A stretch of DNA of 63,513 nt, filler included, from Octopus bimaculoides (Eukaryota): NCBI RefSeq assembly GCF_001194135.2. It is 9 parts of 8 records of this genome, joined end to end, with 100 filler letters (N's around TTAATTAATTAA, not from the genome) between each part and the next. Parts side by side here need not be neighbours in the genome. Positions count along the whole stretch, not along the records: positions 1 to 20,000 come from NC_068991.1; positions 20,101 to 23,048 come from NC_068993.1; positions 23,149 to 35,330 come from NC_068986.1; 6 more parts are not named here. One strand, written 5' to 3'. This document shows positions 12,605 through 24,924 of this stretch, in pieces. Position numbers and translations under genes: made by a program. The notes below the pieces were generated by a model. That model was not told the DNA's origin, ran no database searches, and was given only the letters and a program-made list of their open reading frames with translations. Positions within the stretch are counted from its first letter, which is position 1; every line of letters begins with the position of its first letter.

Positions 12605-12814
12605 CACCTTAAGGAGCATAGACACGGTTCTCCGGCTTTTCGGCATAGATATCCCTCCTTGGAATGGATGCCAGTCTGCCTTGGGATTACTCATTTTTGC
12701 CAAATGAGTGAACTAGAGCAACGTGAAAGGAAGTATTTTGCTCAAGAATACAACGCATCGCCCAGTCCACGATCATGAGTCTAACACTCTAACCACTAAG
12801 TTATGCGCCTCCAC
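12605..12814 (-). mobile_element. SINE type D
   Basis: Head gtggaggcgcataacttagtggttagagtg...gatgcgttgtattcttgagcaaaatacttcc; tail resembles 47180-47280. Confidence 0.7.
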
Positions 12815-13049
12815 TCTGTCGTTTTATAGTTTACACGAATAAACAATTCTAGGAAAGGAAGGAATGACAAGAAAATGTTTACTTATCCGTTATGGAAAGC
12901 AGGGTTAACTCCCTAGTGTCACATTTACCCCGACACTACAATCGTACTCGTACATCCAAGCTAAAAATAATTTAACCTTTCACTGCATGCCATATTATTT
13001 ATGGCATATGCTGATTTCTACATCATTAAATGTGTAGCGCAACCCTCAT

Positions 13050-13750
13050 TGCAAAAGAGGGTATTTTTTTTTAAGCTTTTCACGGGCTTTCTAAAAGCCA
13101 ATTAGTGATTTGTCCTTTGGCAGCCATTTTGTTATATAAAGCCAATCCCAAGTAATTCTGTCTTTCACTCAGCACTCGGCAATTTGAGCAGCTGTCCGTT
13201 TTCACTCTGTCAATTGTGACATTATCATAAAATACACATAAAAGAAATATCCGTCTGCTCACTCACACTTTTCCATCACATTCTCTACAAAAGACGATCC
13301 CAACATTTGACCATAAACTCTAAAGTATGTAAAATCAGGTCCCTTGTATGTTTTATATATAAATGAATCTATCCATCTTCATGGCCGAGGTACAGAGTCC
13401 TGGCATGAACCATTCCTTGCCTCTTCAAGCTCTTTACGAGATGAACAGGGTCAATGAACGTCCATTCTTTTCCATCTTTCTTTTCCAATTGAAGGTAAGG
13501 TGTGATTTGAAGGAATTTGGTTGGTATTCTGATAGGTCGAGCAAGCGCATATACACTCCCTTCCTGTGTTTAACCTTTGTAATACTGTATACACAAACTT
13601 GTGCGATTCTAGAAAGACCTATCATGGAATACTTGAAAAAATTCGACACATTGCCTTCAAGTTTGCTGTAGATTTGATTTCTATGGAGACATGATAAGTT
13701 TAGGTCAGAAAGATGCAATCGACAAGATTTACAATTGGCAATAAATCATG
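13050..13750 (-). pseudogene. Degraded coding-like segment, identity unresolved (possibly a P/THAP9-like DDE transposase relic)
   Basis: Joined frames give TQEGSVYALARPIRIPTKFLQITPYLQLEKKDGKEWTFIDPVHLVKSLKRQGMVHARTLYLGHEDG then WIDSFIYKTYKGPDFTYFRVYGQMLGSSFVENVMEK...KRTAAQI. The DxxH and AAQ words recall P-element cores, but only by eye. Confidence 0.25.
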
Positions 13751-15179
13751 AGTTATACAGCATTATTTTATCGTTGACCTGCGTAAATACTCATGCTTTA
13801 AAACTGGGTTTCTCGCGCCAATTATAATGCATAATTTCTGTGTTTTAAGCATTTGTTGTAGCGGTTACATTTTATTAGAATTAATAACGAAGGTGACGAT
13901 GTTTTCATCTGTGGAGGAAGTGATCCTTATGATGTTGGATATATACCGGAAATAGCACTGATGTTACATACCTCCCCATTAAGTTGTGACTTTGTGGCAA
14001 TGTAAGAAATTTACATATCACTTGAGTTTTACTCGTCGTATGACGGATTACTTTAGAAATGTACTTTTGCCACCATTCGTAATATGAAGAAATATAGCAT
14101 ACATAGAATAATTATAATTTAATTGTTATCAAATTCCCCTTCTTTTTGCCTTCTTCCCCCCCCCCGCCCCCATGCTAATCTCCGATGTTTCCATTGCTTA
14201 GTTTCTTCCATTGTGTAGTTTCATGAAGCAATTAATTGAAAACTCTATACATACATTTTAGTGACGTACGCTTCATTCGACAGCATGATCCAAGCATTGT
14301 AAATTTGATGTGTTCCATTAAAGATTGTACATAAGCTGTTTAGATTTTTAATTGCTGACAGTAATTCCGTTTAATTGAAAAGGAAAACAAATGTTGAAAG
14401 AGAGGTAAAATGTTCACCGGTGTTATTTATGACTACTTTTCTTAAGTATTCAACAATTAAATACTTTACACGCTATAACACTATATCGACTGCTCTTAAA
14501 GTCGTGCGACACTTGCTCCGACTCCCACTTATTTTGCCGTCGACTAACTGTTACATAGAGATCATATAAAAATGATATTCTAGAATCCCGGAATGTCTAC
14601 ATAGATCTAACTGTATTTTTTTACACTACTATCTCATATACATATATGAAATCAGTATTGATAATTTCATAAAGAAAATAAGAAAATTAACAAAATAAAA
14701 ACATATGCAGGTACAGTACGAGAACCAAACATAATCTTAAAATACCAGCAAAGCTAAGCAAAATTTGTCCGTTTCAAAACAGAAACATTAGGAATAGTAA
14801 AGACCTACTCAAAATTGTAGCACAAACAATCAGTTTCTCCAGCGAACTAAATCTCGTGAAAACTACAATAAACAATCACGTAATTGGAATCATCCGAATC
14901 CAAGAAAGACTATAACTAATGAAATCCAAAATAAATTTTATACAGGAAGGATCATACCAGTAATTACTTTGAATAAAATATTAATGTTTATCATAAAACA
15001 TAGGTTAGATTCGATAAGTCAATTCGATAAACAATCAATGCTAAGGATAAATAAAACAACTGTTTTTTGTTTTGTTTTTAGATCGAACCCAGAGATGCTA
15101 GGACAAAATTTTGCCACCAACCAAGAGAAACCAAAGAGCATTAATTTCTCTTAGAAAGCTTTAAATGATATACAAGGGA

Positions 15180-15560
15180 ATATATTGAGCAAGTGACTAA
15201 AATTTACATCTTCTCCCCGAAAGTTCAACTTTCCTGAAATGAAAAATGATATTTCAGAGTTCTATCGAAGGTTTAGATGAGTCGAACATTTCTTTGAACG
15301 AAAGCAAAAAATAAAGCGAGTTTTAGCCCGAAGAAAGGAGATAATAAAGTATTTGATAATTTCTGTGAATGCATTCTGAATTTCCCCATTCAAATGAGAG
15401 AAATATAAGAAGATATAATCAAATTTCTCGAAACAAGAATAGCAAAATCAATTTATCGACAAAACGACACAGAAATTACAATTAAAGAAGCGGATAAAAG
15501 AAGAGCTGTTGTTAACATGGATAAAACATATTACAAGTATAACTTGTACACAAGAATGTT
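15180..15560 (+). mobile_element. Old Penelope-like element relic, RT N-terminal region
   Basis: LKFTSSPRKFNFPEMKNDISEFYRRFR*VEHFF and EITIKEADKRRAVVNMDKTYYK, matching the PLE motif I-K-x-A-D-K-G-x-x-V-V-x-M-D. Confidence 0.6.
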
Positions 15561-15574
15561 AGAAAACAATGACA

Positions 15575-16060
15575 ATTGTGAAAAAGATTTTGCTGATTGA
15601 AATCGAAAACATGTGGCATCTCAAGACGGCTACAATACCACTGATTTTAAGAGCACTTGGAATGATCAAAAAAGGAACTGAAAATTATTTGAAGATGACC
15701 TCTGACATACTATCCATGCATGAATTGCAAAAGATTGTCTTAGCTGGTTACGTCATACGAAGTGAGAAGAGCATTGTTGATGGGAATTTTCATTCCTTTT
15801 CTCCCTTATTTTCATTGTTTTTTTTAAATTCTCCTTTTTTCCTCTGTCTTTCTGCCCTTTTGTTTCTAACACATGACTTTGTAAATGAACAATCAGGTGT
15901 GTTTAATTTATGGCCTACCAATGTATACAGTGAGTTTCTTTGCCCTAGGTGTTGGAAAGACACTCGGCAAGAAATAGAAACAAACCAAAAGATAATAATA
16001 ATATTAATAATAATAATAATAATAATAATGATGATGATGATGATGATGATGATGATAATA
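15575..16060 (+). mobile_element. R4/Dong LINE 3' fragment ending in (TAA)n/(TGA)n
   Basis: LIEIENMWHLKTATIPLILRALGMIKKGTENYLKMTSDILSMHELQKIVLAG, homologous to 38520-38720. Confidence 0.65.
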
Positions 16061-16400
16061 AACATCGGGAAAATAACAGACAACCAAAAATAGTTGCAAA
16101 GCTGTCAGGAACCCTCAGGCCTCATGATAACAACCCACAGACAACTTAGCGTCACACAGTGCAAAAAAGAAAAGAAAAGAAAAAAATAACGGTTTTGTCA
16201 GTTTCAAACTTCGGGTCTGGCTGGATTATTTCCAACTCGATTGCAGAAGCTGACTAATGGACATTGCAAACGCAAGGTGACCTGAAACGTGAAAAGTGAG
16301 AAGAATGCATCCATTGTTCAGAACTGAGGTAACTATATCACAGAGGTATCCAAAATGGAAAACAAAAAATGGCTTAAGGGTTGCAGTTAGGACTAAAGAT

Positions 16401-16420
16401 AGGGTTAGGGTTAGGGTTAG
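16401..16420 (+). repeat. Short interstitial (TTAGGG)~3
   Basis: agggttagggttagggttag. Confidence 0.6.
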
Positions 16421-17406
16421 CGGTCCATAGTGGTGAAATGGCAGACCATTATTGTACACATCCTAAAAATTGATGAAGAAATGACCTCCAAGCAATATTC
16501 CAACAATAATCAACATTTTATCACACTGGCTTTTCATTTCTTTTTTTCCTTTTTCTTATCTTCCCCATCCTGTCTCACTCTTTGGAAAATTTCATTCTCA
16601 TTGTCTCTCTCTCTTTCTGTCTCACTGTCTCTCATAGTATATCTGTTTACTATAGTTTACGTAAGCTATAGCTCATTTCTTTTTCTATTTCCCTATATTT
16701 TCGTCTTTGCTTCCCTTACTCCTATATTTCCATTTCCGCACATTCTTTTTCTCAGAATTCTTCAATTTTATTATCTGTCTCATAGCTTCCTTAAATTCTT
16801 CATTTTCAGTCAGCTCGCACTATTTCACTCCAAGTTATATAATGTTAGAGAGGTTGATAGACAGAAAGCTCGTTAGCGAGACAAAAGTAATAAGAGCGAA
16901 ATATTGTTGGATGAGTGAAGAGACAGTTACAGAAAGGCAAGTAGTTTAAATACAGGTATATGCATACATGCGTGTGTGTCTATGTGCGCGCGCGTGAGCG
17001 TCTGTGCGTATGTATATATGTATGTATGCATAAATGTATGTATGTAGTTGGAGGAATGTTTGGTAATCTGACTTTCTGTGCCTGAAGGAATTCTTCAAAA
17101 GGTCTCCTCAAAAATTTTTGGGTCGTTTTCTGCATAGTCGAAAATTCCGATGTATTATTGCTATATATATATAATATATATACTATACATATATATATGC
17201 ATGTATACATACATACCTGTACATACATACATATATATGTATATAGACATGCATATATGAGTATAGGACGTCAAAAAAAAACGTGAACAACATGAAAAAA
17301 GAGAACATGAAAAACAAAAACATGGAAAAAACGAACTTTTTTTCGAACCACGAAAGAAGCAAATAGAGAAATGAGACAAGTAGCATAAAATACAATCTCT
17401 TCATCA

Positions 17407-17544
17407 GTTGTCCCCTGTTTTATCTACCCTGCATTTCGAACGGTAGGACAAGATGCGTCTTCGTTAAAATAGTCGTTCCCGCAAAGCAAATTAAATAAAA
17501 TTTGTGATTTGCGGAGGGTTAAAGTGGTAACAAAAACAGGACAG
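17407..17544. mobile_element. Possible short MITE with imperfect ~20-bp TIRs
   Basis: ttgtcccctgttttatctacc at the left; ggtaacaaaaacaggacag at the right. Confidence 0.3.
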
Positions 17545-18081
17545 TTAAAACAAACGGTAAGAGCTTCTAAGCCATAACGAGATGAAGTGATGAACGCTGG
17601 AGAAACAAGCTTTTACAGGAGACAGGCAAAAATGCCCGTTGTCTCTTGTAGCGTAAGGAAGAGAAAGAAAGATAGCCGCTGGTCACGTGTGAGTAACGAG
17701 AGAGTCGGGAGAAAGAGTGAGGAAGAGTGAGGGAGAGAGAGGGACAGATAGAGAATGGTGAAGGGAAGGAGAAGAATTAGAGAAAGGGTGGGAGAGAAGA
17801 AAGAAGAAGAAGAAGAAGAAGAAGAAGAAGAAGAAGAAGAAGAAGAAGAAGAAGAAGAAGAAGAAGAANNNNNNNNNNNNNNNNNNNNNNNNNNNNNNNN
17901 NNNNNNNNNNNNNNNNNNNNNNNNNNNNNNNNNNNNNNNNNNNNNNNNNNNNNNNNNNNNNNNNNNNNNNNNNNNNNNNNNNNNNNNNNNNNNNNNNNNN
18001 NNNNNNNNNNNNNNNNNNNNNNNNNNNNNNNNNNNNNNNNNNNNNNNNNNNNNNNNNNNNNNNNNNNNNNNNNNNNNNNNN

Positions 18082-18113
<32 letters not shown>

Positions 18114-18115
18114 GT

Positions 18116-18527
18116 AAAGTCTTCGTTTTTGCGCGCTAATTCCGGAGATATCTCCGCAGAAAATGTTTCTGCATCGAATATACCAACTTTCAGAACGTGG
18201 TTATGGTTAATTAAATTAAAACAGTAGGATAAAAATTAATTAATATCCATTTAATACCAGGGAACAAGCACATTAAAAGAATCAAGGAGATTCATATATA
18301 TACATATACAATAATCCTTTGAGATCGCAGATATTTTTTCTGAATCTCCGTGATTCTTTTAATGTGCTTGTTCCCTGGTATTAAATGGATACTAATCAAT
18401 ATCCAATTTTTTGCCCTACTGTTTTAATTTAATTAACCATAACCACGTTCTCAAAGTTGGTATATTCGATGTAGAAACATTTTCTGCAGAGATATTTCCG
18501 GATATAACGCGCAAAAACGAAGACTTT
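18116..18527. repeat. Near-perfect 410-bp palindrome (foldback) with ~175-bp arms
   Basis: aaagtcttcgtttttgcgcg...gggaacaagcacattaaaagaatcaaggagattc is mirrored by gaatctccgtgattcttttaatgtgcttgttccc...cgcgcaaaaacgaagacttt. Confidence 0.85.
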
Positions 18528-18843
18528 TGAATCTTACCATAAATATAATTAACAGAACCGTGTACACATGCTCAATTCGTGGGGAACAACTAGTATACGA
18601 TTCTGAGATTTATATTTATTTAGCGGTCTGTACTGATGAGAAACAGATATTTTCGGTAAGAAAATGTTAATTTCGAAACTAGTTTACAGATAACGGTATA
18701 TATTTATGTAATTTTCACTTGTCTTACCCGCATACGTTTTTGTTACTTCGCTAAATTTCCTTTGAGAACAATTCGGTCTTAGTAGACACAGTACATGTGA
18801 TCTTCTTCTAGCACATTAACAGTTCACCTAGTGGTCTCCTTTT

Positions 18844-18977
18844 TATATATACATATACAATAATCCTTTGAGATCTCAGACATTTTTTCTGAATCTCCTT
18901 GATTCTTTTAATGTGCTTGTTCCCTAGTATTAAATGGATACTAATCAATATCCAATTTTTTACCGTACTGTTTTAAT
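18844..18977 (+). repeat. Direct-repeat copy of 18295-18428 (loop plus inner right arm of the palindrome)
   Basis: tatatatacatatacaataatcctttgagat...ttaatgtgcttgttccctagtattaaatggatactaatcaatatccaattttt, with few mismatches. Confidence 0.85.
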
Positions 18978-19124
18978 ATATAAATATACATATATAGGCA
19001 CACACACACATGCATACACACAATCACACACTCACATATACATCTATCGTTTTATCTAGCTAGCTGTAAAACGCAGTCTTAATTAGACATAATGATAACA
19101 TAGTCAGTAAATAATTATACATGG

Positions 19125-19290
19125 GTGCAAGCATGGCTGTGTGTTAAGAAGCTTGCTTCCGACCTCATGGTTTCGTATTCAGCCCTGCAGTATGGCCCTT
19201 GGGCTAGTATCTACTACAATAGCTCCTAGTCTATCAAAACCACGTAAGTAGATCTGGTAGATGGAAACTGAAAGAAACCTGCCGTATATA
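19125..19290 (+). mobile_element. SINE type A, 5' half (diverged)
   Basis: gtgcaagcatggctgtgtgttaagaagcttgcttcc...ggtagatggaaactgaaagaaacctgccg. Confidence 0.75.
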
Positions 19291-19784
19291 TATTCATATA
19301 AAATATAAGGATAAAATCTATATAAGATTTTATCGAGTAGCCAGCGTGTAAAACCAATTAAGGAAAAAAATTAATACAAAGTGTATACTTTCTTCCCTTA
19401 TATATAACATACATTATAATATCAAGTGCTATTAGAATACGTAAAGCCACACGCTTTAATGGGATTCTAAAGTCAAACTACTTCAATAAGTATACACATG
19501 CCCCAACTTAGAGGAAATGAAACTGAGAGAAATTCCTTTAAAAAAACGGTTTAGTCGTATACCATTAACGATTTCGTGGTCACCATGTACTACCATGTTC
19601 TCCACTCATCAGTACAAACATAACATACATAAACATCTTTACGCACCATACGAACACAACGCATCCAGCAGAGCATATACAAATGTTTACACTCATATAT
19701 CCATTATATAAGTAGATAGACAGACATATATATAGACATAAATATAGATACATATACGCATGCAAACAGACTGACTGACACAGT

Positions 19785-19869
<85 letters not shown>

Positions 19870-19872
19870 TGA

Positions 19873-19924
<52 letters not shown>

Positions 19925-20044
19925 TAGATAGATAGATACATTTCTTTTATTAGCCACACAGGGCTCAACGAAGATGGGACAAATACAATGTAGAGCTTTT
20001 NNNNNNNNNNNNNNNNNNNNNNNNNNNNNNNNNNNNNNNNNNNN

Positions 20045-20056
20045 TTAATTAATTAA
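20045..20056. other. Synthetic six-frame-stop gap spacer TTAATTAATTAA (assembly artefact)
   Basis: Here it is exactly N44-TTAATTAATTAA-N44 (100 bp). The same spacer lies inside N-runs near 23093, 35375, 39508, 47874, 51365, 60667 and 62237. Confidence 0.95.
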
Positions 20057-20454
20057 NNNNNNNNNNNNNNNNNNNNNNNNNNNNNNNNNNNNNNNNNNNN
20101 TATATATATATATATATTTATTTGTATGTTACGTCAGCGACATCTGATATGCTATTATCTCTCTCGCCGTATTTTTATTCTTGCATATTTTCTTTTTCTC
20201 TTTCACCTTCTCTCTCCCCCCTCTCTCTCTTTCTCTTTCTCTCTCTCCCTCGCTTAGTTTTCTTCTCATTCAATATTGACACAACCTGTTATTTTCTTTC
20301 TCTTTCTACGCCCAGCACCAACCCTCATTTGCTCTTTCGATCACACACACAAGCACAAACACACTCACACACAAACACAAACACACAAACAAGAAAAGAC
20401 GTATAAAATACAGAAGGAAGTGAAAAAAGTATATCGTTTCTCATGGTTGTGTCT

Positions 20455-21159
20455 ATATATTCTTTTATTGTTTTATTCTTTTATTTGTTTCAGTCATTTG
20501 ACTGCGGCCATGCTGGAGCACCGCCTTTAGTCGAACAAATCGAATCCAGGACTTATTCTTTGTAAGCCTAGTACTTAACCTACCGTTCTGTTATTGCTGC
20601 TGAACCACTAAGTTACTAGGATGTAAACACACCAACATCGGTTATCAAGCAATGGTGGGGGACAAATACNNNNNNNNNNNNNNNNNNNNNNNNNNNNNNN
20701 NNNNNNNNNNNNNNNNNNNNNNNNNNNNNNNNNNNNNNNNNNNNNNNNNNNNNNNNNNNNNNNNNNNNNNNNNNNNNNNNNNNNNNNNNNNNNNNNNNNN
20801 NNNNNNNNNNNNNNNNNNNNNNNNNNNNNNNNNNNNNNNNNNNNNNNNNNNNNNNNNNNNNNNNNNNNNNNNNNNNNNNNNNNNNNNNNNNNNNNNNNNN
20901 NNNNNNNNNNNNNNNNNNNNNNNNNNNNNNNNNNNNNNNNNNNNNNNNNNNNNNNNNNNNNNNNNNNNNNNNNNNNNNNNNNNNNNNNNNNNNNNNNNNN
21001 NNNNNNNNNNNNNNNNNNNNNNNNNNNNNNNNNNNNNNNNNNNNNNNNNNNNNNNNNNNNNNNNNNNNNNNNNNNNNNNNNNNNNNNNNNNNNNNNNNNN
21101 NNNNNNNNNNNNNNNNNNNNNNNNNNNNNNNNNNNNNNNNNNNNNNNNNNNNNNNNNNN

Positions 21160-21198
<39 letters not shown>

Positions 21199-21355
21199 GA
21201 CGGGCTTCGTTCATTTTCCGTCTACCAAATCCACTCACAAGGTTTGGGTCGGCCGGAGGCTATAGAAGACACTTTCCCAAGGTGCTCAATGGGACTGAAC
21301 CCGGAACCATGTCATTGATAAGCAAGCTACTTAACACACAGCCACTCCTGCGCCC
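20455..21355 (-). mobile_element. SINE type A spanning an N-gap
   Basis: 3' half at 20455-20669 and 5' half at 21160-21355; the gap replaces the internal microsatellite. Confidence 0.8.
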
Positions 21356-21495
21356 ATGTTTATATTTTTTCGCAGGTGTTTGTTTCATGCATATGAATGC
21401 TTTTTGTGTATGCTGAGTCCGCAGGTTGCATGTGCATGTGTTTTAAATATACAACCAACACTAATATAAAGTAATGACAAATTACATATATTACA

Positions 21496-21540
21496 TGCGC
21501 TGAATTGTCTATGCGCTGAATTATCGGCGCTGAATTGTCA
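21496..21540. repeat. Three tandem copies of a ~15-bp unit, gcgctgaattgtc
   Basis: tgcgctgaattgtcta / tgcgctgaattatcg / gcgctgaattgtca. Confidence 0.7.
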
Positions 21541-21635
21541 CCTCGGCGGAATTTGAACTCAAAATGTAACGACAGACGAAATACCACTAAGCATTTCGCC
21601 CGACGTGCTTACGTCTCTACCAGCTCGCCGCCTTA
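21540..21635 (-). mobile_element. SINE type B head (an opposite-strand head lies at ~21975-22015)
   Basis: Reverse complement reads ggcggcgagctggtagagacgtaagcacgtcgggcgaaatgcttagtggtatttcgtc. Confidence 0.75.
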
Positions 21636-22103
21636 AACATGTTTATATATACTTTTATTTCGTAATTGCACGATAGATTTTTAGAAGCGTAACAATGATC
21701 GGAATAAAAATGCTTTGCAGTATTTGTTGCAAAGCCTTACCTTCTGAGATCAAATCGAGCCTAGGTTCAATTTGGCTTCTATTTTACCAGTATCGCTAAT
21801 ACAAAGTGCCTAACAAGTAATGGTGTCGATTGAATTGCGTGTTGGTATGTAAAAACCATTGCAAAGCTTTGTAGAAGGCAAAAATCATCGCTAGGTGGCG
21901 TGGTCCTGATGACAGGTGAAATGACATAATGGTGGAAATATACAACCGCCATGACAATATCATCAACCAGTCAAGGCAGTGAGCTGGCTGAATGGTTAGC
22001 TCGCCGGGTAAAATAATAGATAGATAGATAAGTAGATAGATAGATAGAGAGAGAGAGATAAATAGATAGATAGATAGATAGATAGATAGAAAGAGAGAGA
22101 TAA

Positions 22104-22135
<32 letters not shown>

Positions 22136-22167
22136 TTAGATACACCGAGTATGTATGTGCGCGTGTG

Positions 22168-22209
<42 letters not shown>

Positions 22210-22219
22210 NNNNNNNNNN

Positions 22220-22264
<45 letters not shown>

Positions 22265-22814
22265 AACTATCAATATGATAGCGAGTGGGTGCATTAGATT
22301 GTGTTATATTATTAAAAATATTTGGTCATGGCGGTTTCAATCTGGAAGTTATTTCTGAGATGAGATTCATTGTATGTTTAATTGTTGTGCTTCTTATTGT
22401 GTATGTCATTGCAATAGATATGTGTGTATGCGAGTGTGTGTGTGTGTGTATGCAATCATGTGTGTGTGTGGGGTGGTGGTGCGTGTTTTTGTGTATGTAC
22501 TCGTGTGTACGTACCTGTGTGTCCGTGTGTGTTTGTGTGTGACATAGATTGATGGAAAGCAAACTACTTCTGGCCAAACGCTATGTTTAATATGTGACGA
22601 TGTCCAAGTGGGAATAAGCGCAAGACACGCATGAACATCTCTGAACGTGCATTGTGCATGTGGTGTGTATGAATACACTCACGCACAAACATGCACACAC
22701 ACACACACACACACNNNNNNNNNNNNNNNNNNNNNNNNNNNNNNNNNNNNNNNNNNNNNNNNNNNNNNNNNNNNNNNNNNNNNNNNNNNNNNNNNNNNNN
22801 NNNNNNNNNNNNNN

Positions 22815-22945
22815 GCCCTATGAATTACAGGTACAACAGAAACAGGAAGTAAGAGTGAGAGAAATTTTTGGTCAAAGAATACAGCAGGGTTCTCTACCTC
22901 TCCCTGCCGGAGCCTGTCGACCCCGGCAGACTTTGAACTCAGAAC
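22815..22945 (-). mobile_element. SINE type C fragment
   Basis: gaattacaggtacaacagaaacaggaagtaagagtgagagaa matches the reverse complement of 33650-33710. Confidence 0.7.
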
Positions 22946-23148
22946 GTACAGACAGCCGGTCATAATATACAAACATTTCTCATGGCACCAGTATACTGTT
23001 TACAGATGTTTACATTTTTTAATGTTTTCCGTGAACTTTTCAGGGTCTNNNNNNNNNNNNNNNNNNNNNNNNNNNNNNNNNNNNNNNNNNNNTTAATTAA
23101 TTAANNNNNNNNNNNNNNNNNNNNNNNNNNNNNNNNNNNNNNNNNNNN

Positions 23149-23360
23149 AAATTTTAAAACAAACACAATTTTCTTATGATTTCTTAAACATTCTCTAGAA
23201 CAACACTATGTACAAATCCAAATATATGGTACCCTAGGCATAACACCTACATGAACTTCTAACTTGTTGTCTCTTGAGGTCTCTGGGTGAGACTTGGATC
23301 CAACTTGTACAAATGCAAAATAAAAGTCAAACATAAGATAATGATAATAATAATAATAAT

Positions 23361-23413
<53 letters not shown>

Positions 23414-23420
23414 TAATTAA
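23149..23420 (+). mobile_element. Probable R4/Dong LINE 3' UTR with (TAA)n tail
   Basis: Non-coding block ending ...gtcaaacataag directly into a long (TAA)n. The family assignment is inferred from the tail type. Confidence 0.4.
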
Positions 23421-23519
23421 TTCGTTTTATTGGCTACAAGGGCTAATATAAATCAAAAACATGTAAGGACAAAGACAGGACGAAGGTTACAAAAGGTTTT
23501 TTTTCCGAAAAGTAGAAAA

Positions 23520-23625
23520 ACGTTCGTGTAGAAGACACTTGCCCAACATGACACGCAGTGGTACTGAACCCGGGACCATGTGGTTGGTAAGCAAGCTACT
23601 TACCACACAGCCACTCCTACGCCTA
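23520..23625 (-). mobile_element. SINE type A head
   Basis: Reverse complement reads ataggcgtaggagtggctgtgtggtaagtagcttgcttaccaaccacatggtcccgggttcag. Confidence 0.8.
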
Positions 23626-24254
23626 TATATCTACAGTTTTCAAACACACAAACTTCAATATCCACAACTGCTATGAATATTCATCTTTTCCTCTCTCCCT
23701 GAGTATTCGAAAGAGTACACATCCCTTTTTTTTTATTATTCTAAAAACATTATAGTTTTCCCTGTGTGGACATACAAAAGACCATCTTTGGTGAATCTTA
23801 AAACTTTCTGTGAAAATTTGACTCTTCTTGTCTTTTCTTTCCTTTCTCCCTGAGTAATCAAAATTGTAAACATTCTTTTTATCACAAAAACACAACTGTT
23901 TTCTCTAACTGGACATACAAACGAACATCTCTAGAAAAGTCAACTTTAATTTCTACAATATTACCTTTATTTTCTCCCTCACTAACCGAAATATGCAAAC
24001 ATGCCTTTTATTGCAATAACAGAGATGCAGGTGGAAGAAAAAAGGGGGAAAAAAATAATGATAATAATAAAAGATTCTCTCTGGTCGAACACAACTTCTC
24101 TTTTCACAAATAATACAGGACAGAGTAAGTCGGCCCTTCCTTAATTTTTCTTAAGGTGAAGGTCACTATTGTTGTTCGCTGCTAGTAGTAGTAGACATGT
24201 GAACTCTTTTTGACCGATCGGATCCCATTCCACTACAAAAAAATATTACAGGAG

Positions 24255-24306
24255 CCGCACTTACTACTACCACTACTACTACTTACTACTACTGCTACTA
24301 CTACTG

Positions 24307-24347
<41 letters not shown>

Positions 24348-24348
24348 G

Positions 24349-24379
<31 letters not shown>

Positions 24380-24408
24380 AACTACTACTACTACTACTAC
24401 TACAACAG

Positions 24409-24460
<52 letters not shown>

Positions 24461-24461
24461 A

Positions 24462-24511
<50 letters not shown>

Positions 24512-24563
24512 AACAACTACTACTACTACAACAACAACAACTACTACTACTACTACTACTACA

Positions 24564-24612
<49 letters not shown>

Positions 24613-24790
24613 TTCCTGCTGTTGCTGCTACTACTGCTGCTGCTGTCACTATTACTACTGTTACTACCACCGTTGCTGTTGCTGCTACCACTGCTGCTAC
24701 TACTACTACTATTACCACTGTCGCTACTGCTGCTGATAGTGGTATTGCTACTGCTACTAAAACTACTGGTGCTGCTGCTGCTAATAAATG
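24255..24790. repeat. Long (CTA)n microsatellite decaying into (CTG/CTA)n
   Basis: About 350 bp of near-pure actact followed by a degenerate trinucleotide tract. Confidence 0.95.
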
Positions 24791-24924
24791 ATAAATGCGA
24801 CTCCTGTTTGAAGATCAGTGGTTTAAAAAAACATAAAAAATAGAAAAGAAAAGAAAAATGACAATCTAATAATAATTTAACTTTACATAAAAAGAAAAGA
24901 AAATTTCAAACAGTATAGCGAATC

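Noticed and set aside
17652-17688. 37-nt AG/GT-bounded segment (VRKRKKDSRWSR) overlapping a GTCACGTG E-box
   Set aside because: It is not frame-preserving, has no partner exons, and such bounds are expected by chance.
20045-20056. Palindromic TTAATTAATTAA recurring eight times, superficially like a conserved motif
   Set aside because: It is always embedded in N-runs (44+12+44 where counted) and has stops in all frames: a scaffolding spacer, not biology.
24210-24791. 193-aa Thr-rich mucin-like ORF and its poly-Val antisense ORF
   Set aside because: It is simply a (CTA)n microsatellite with no signal peptide or splice context.
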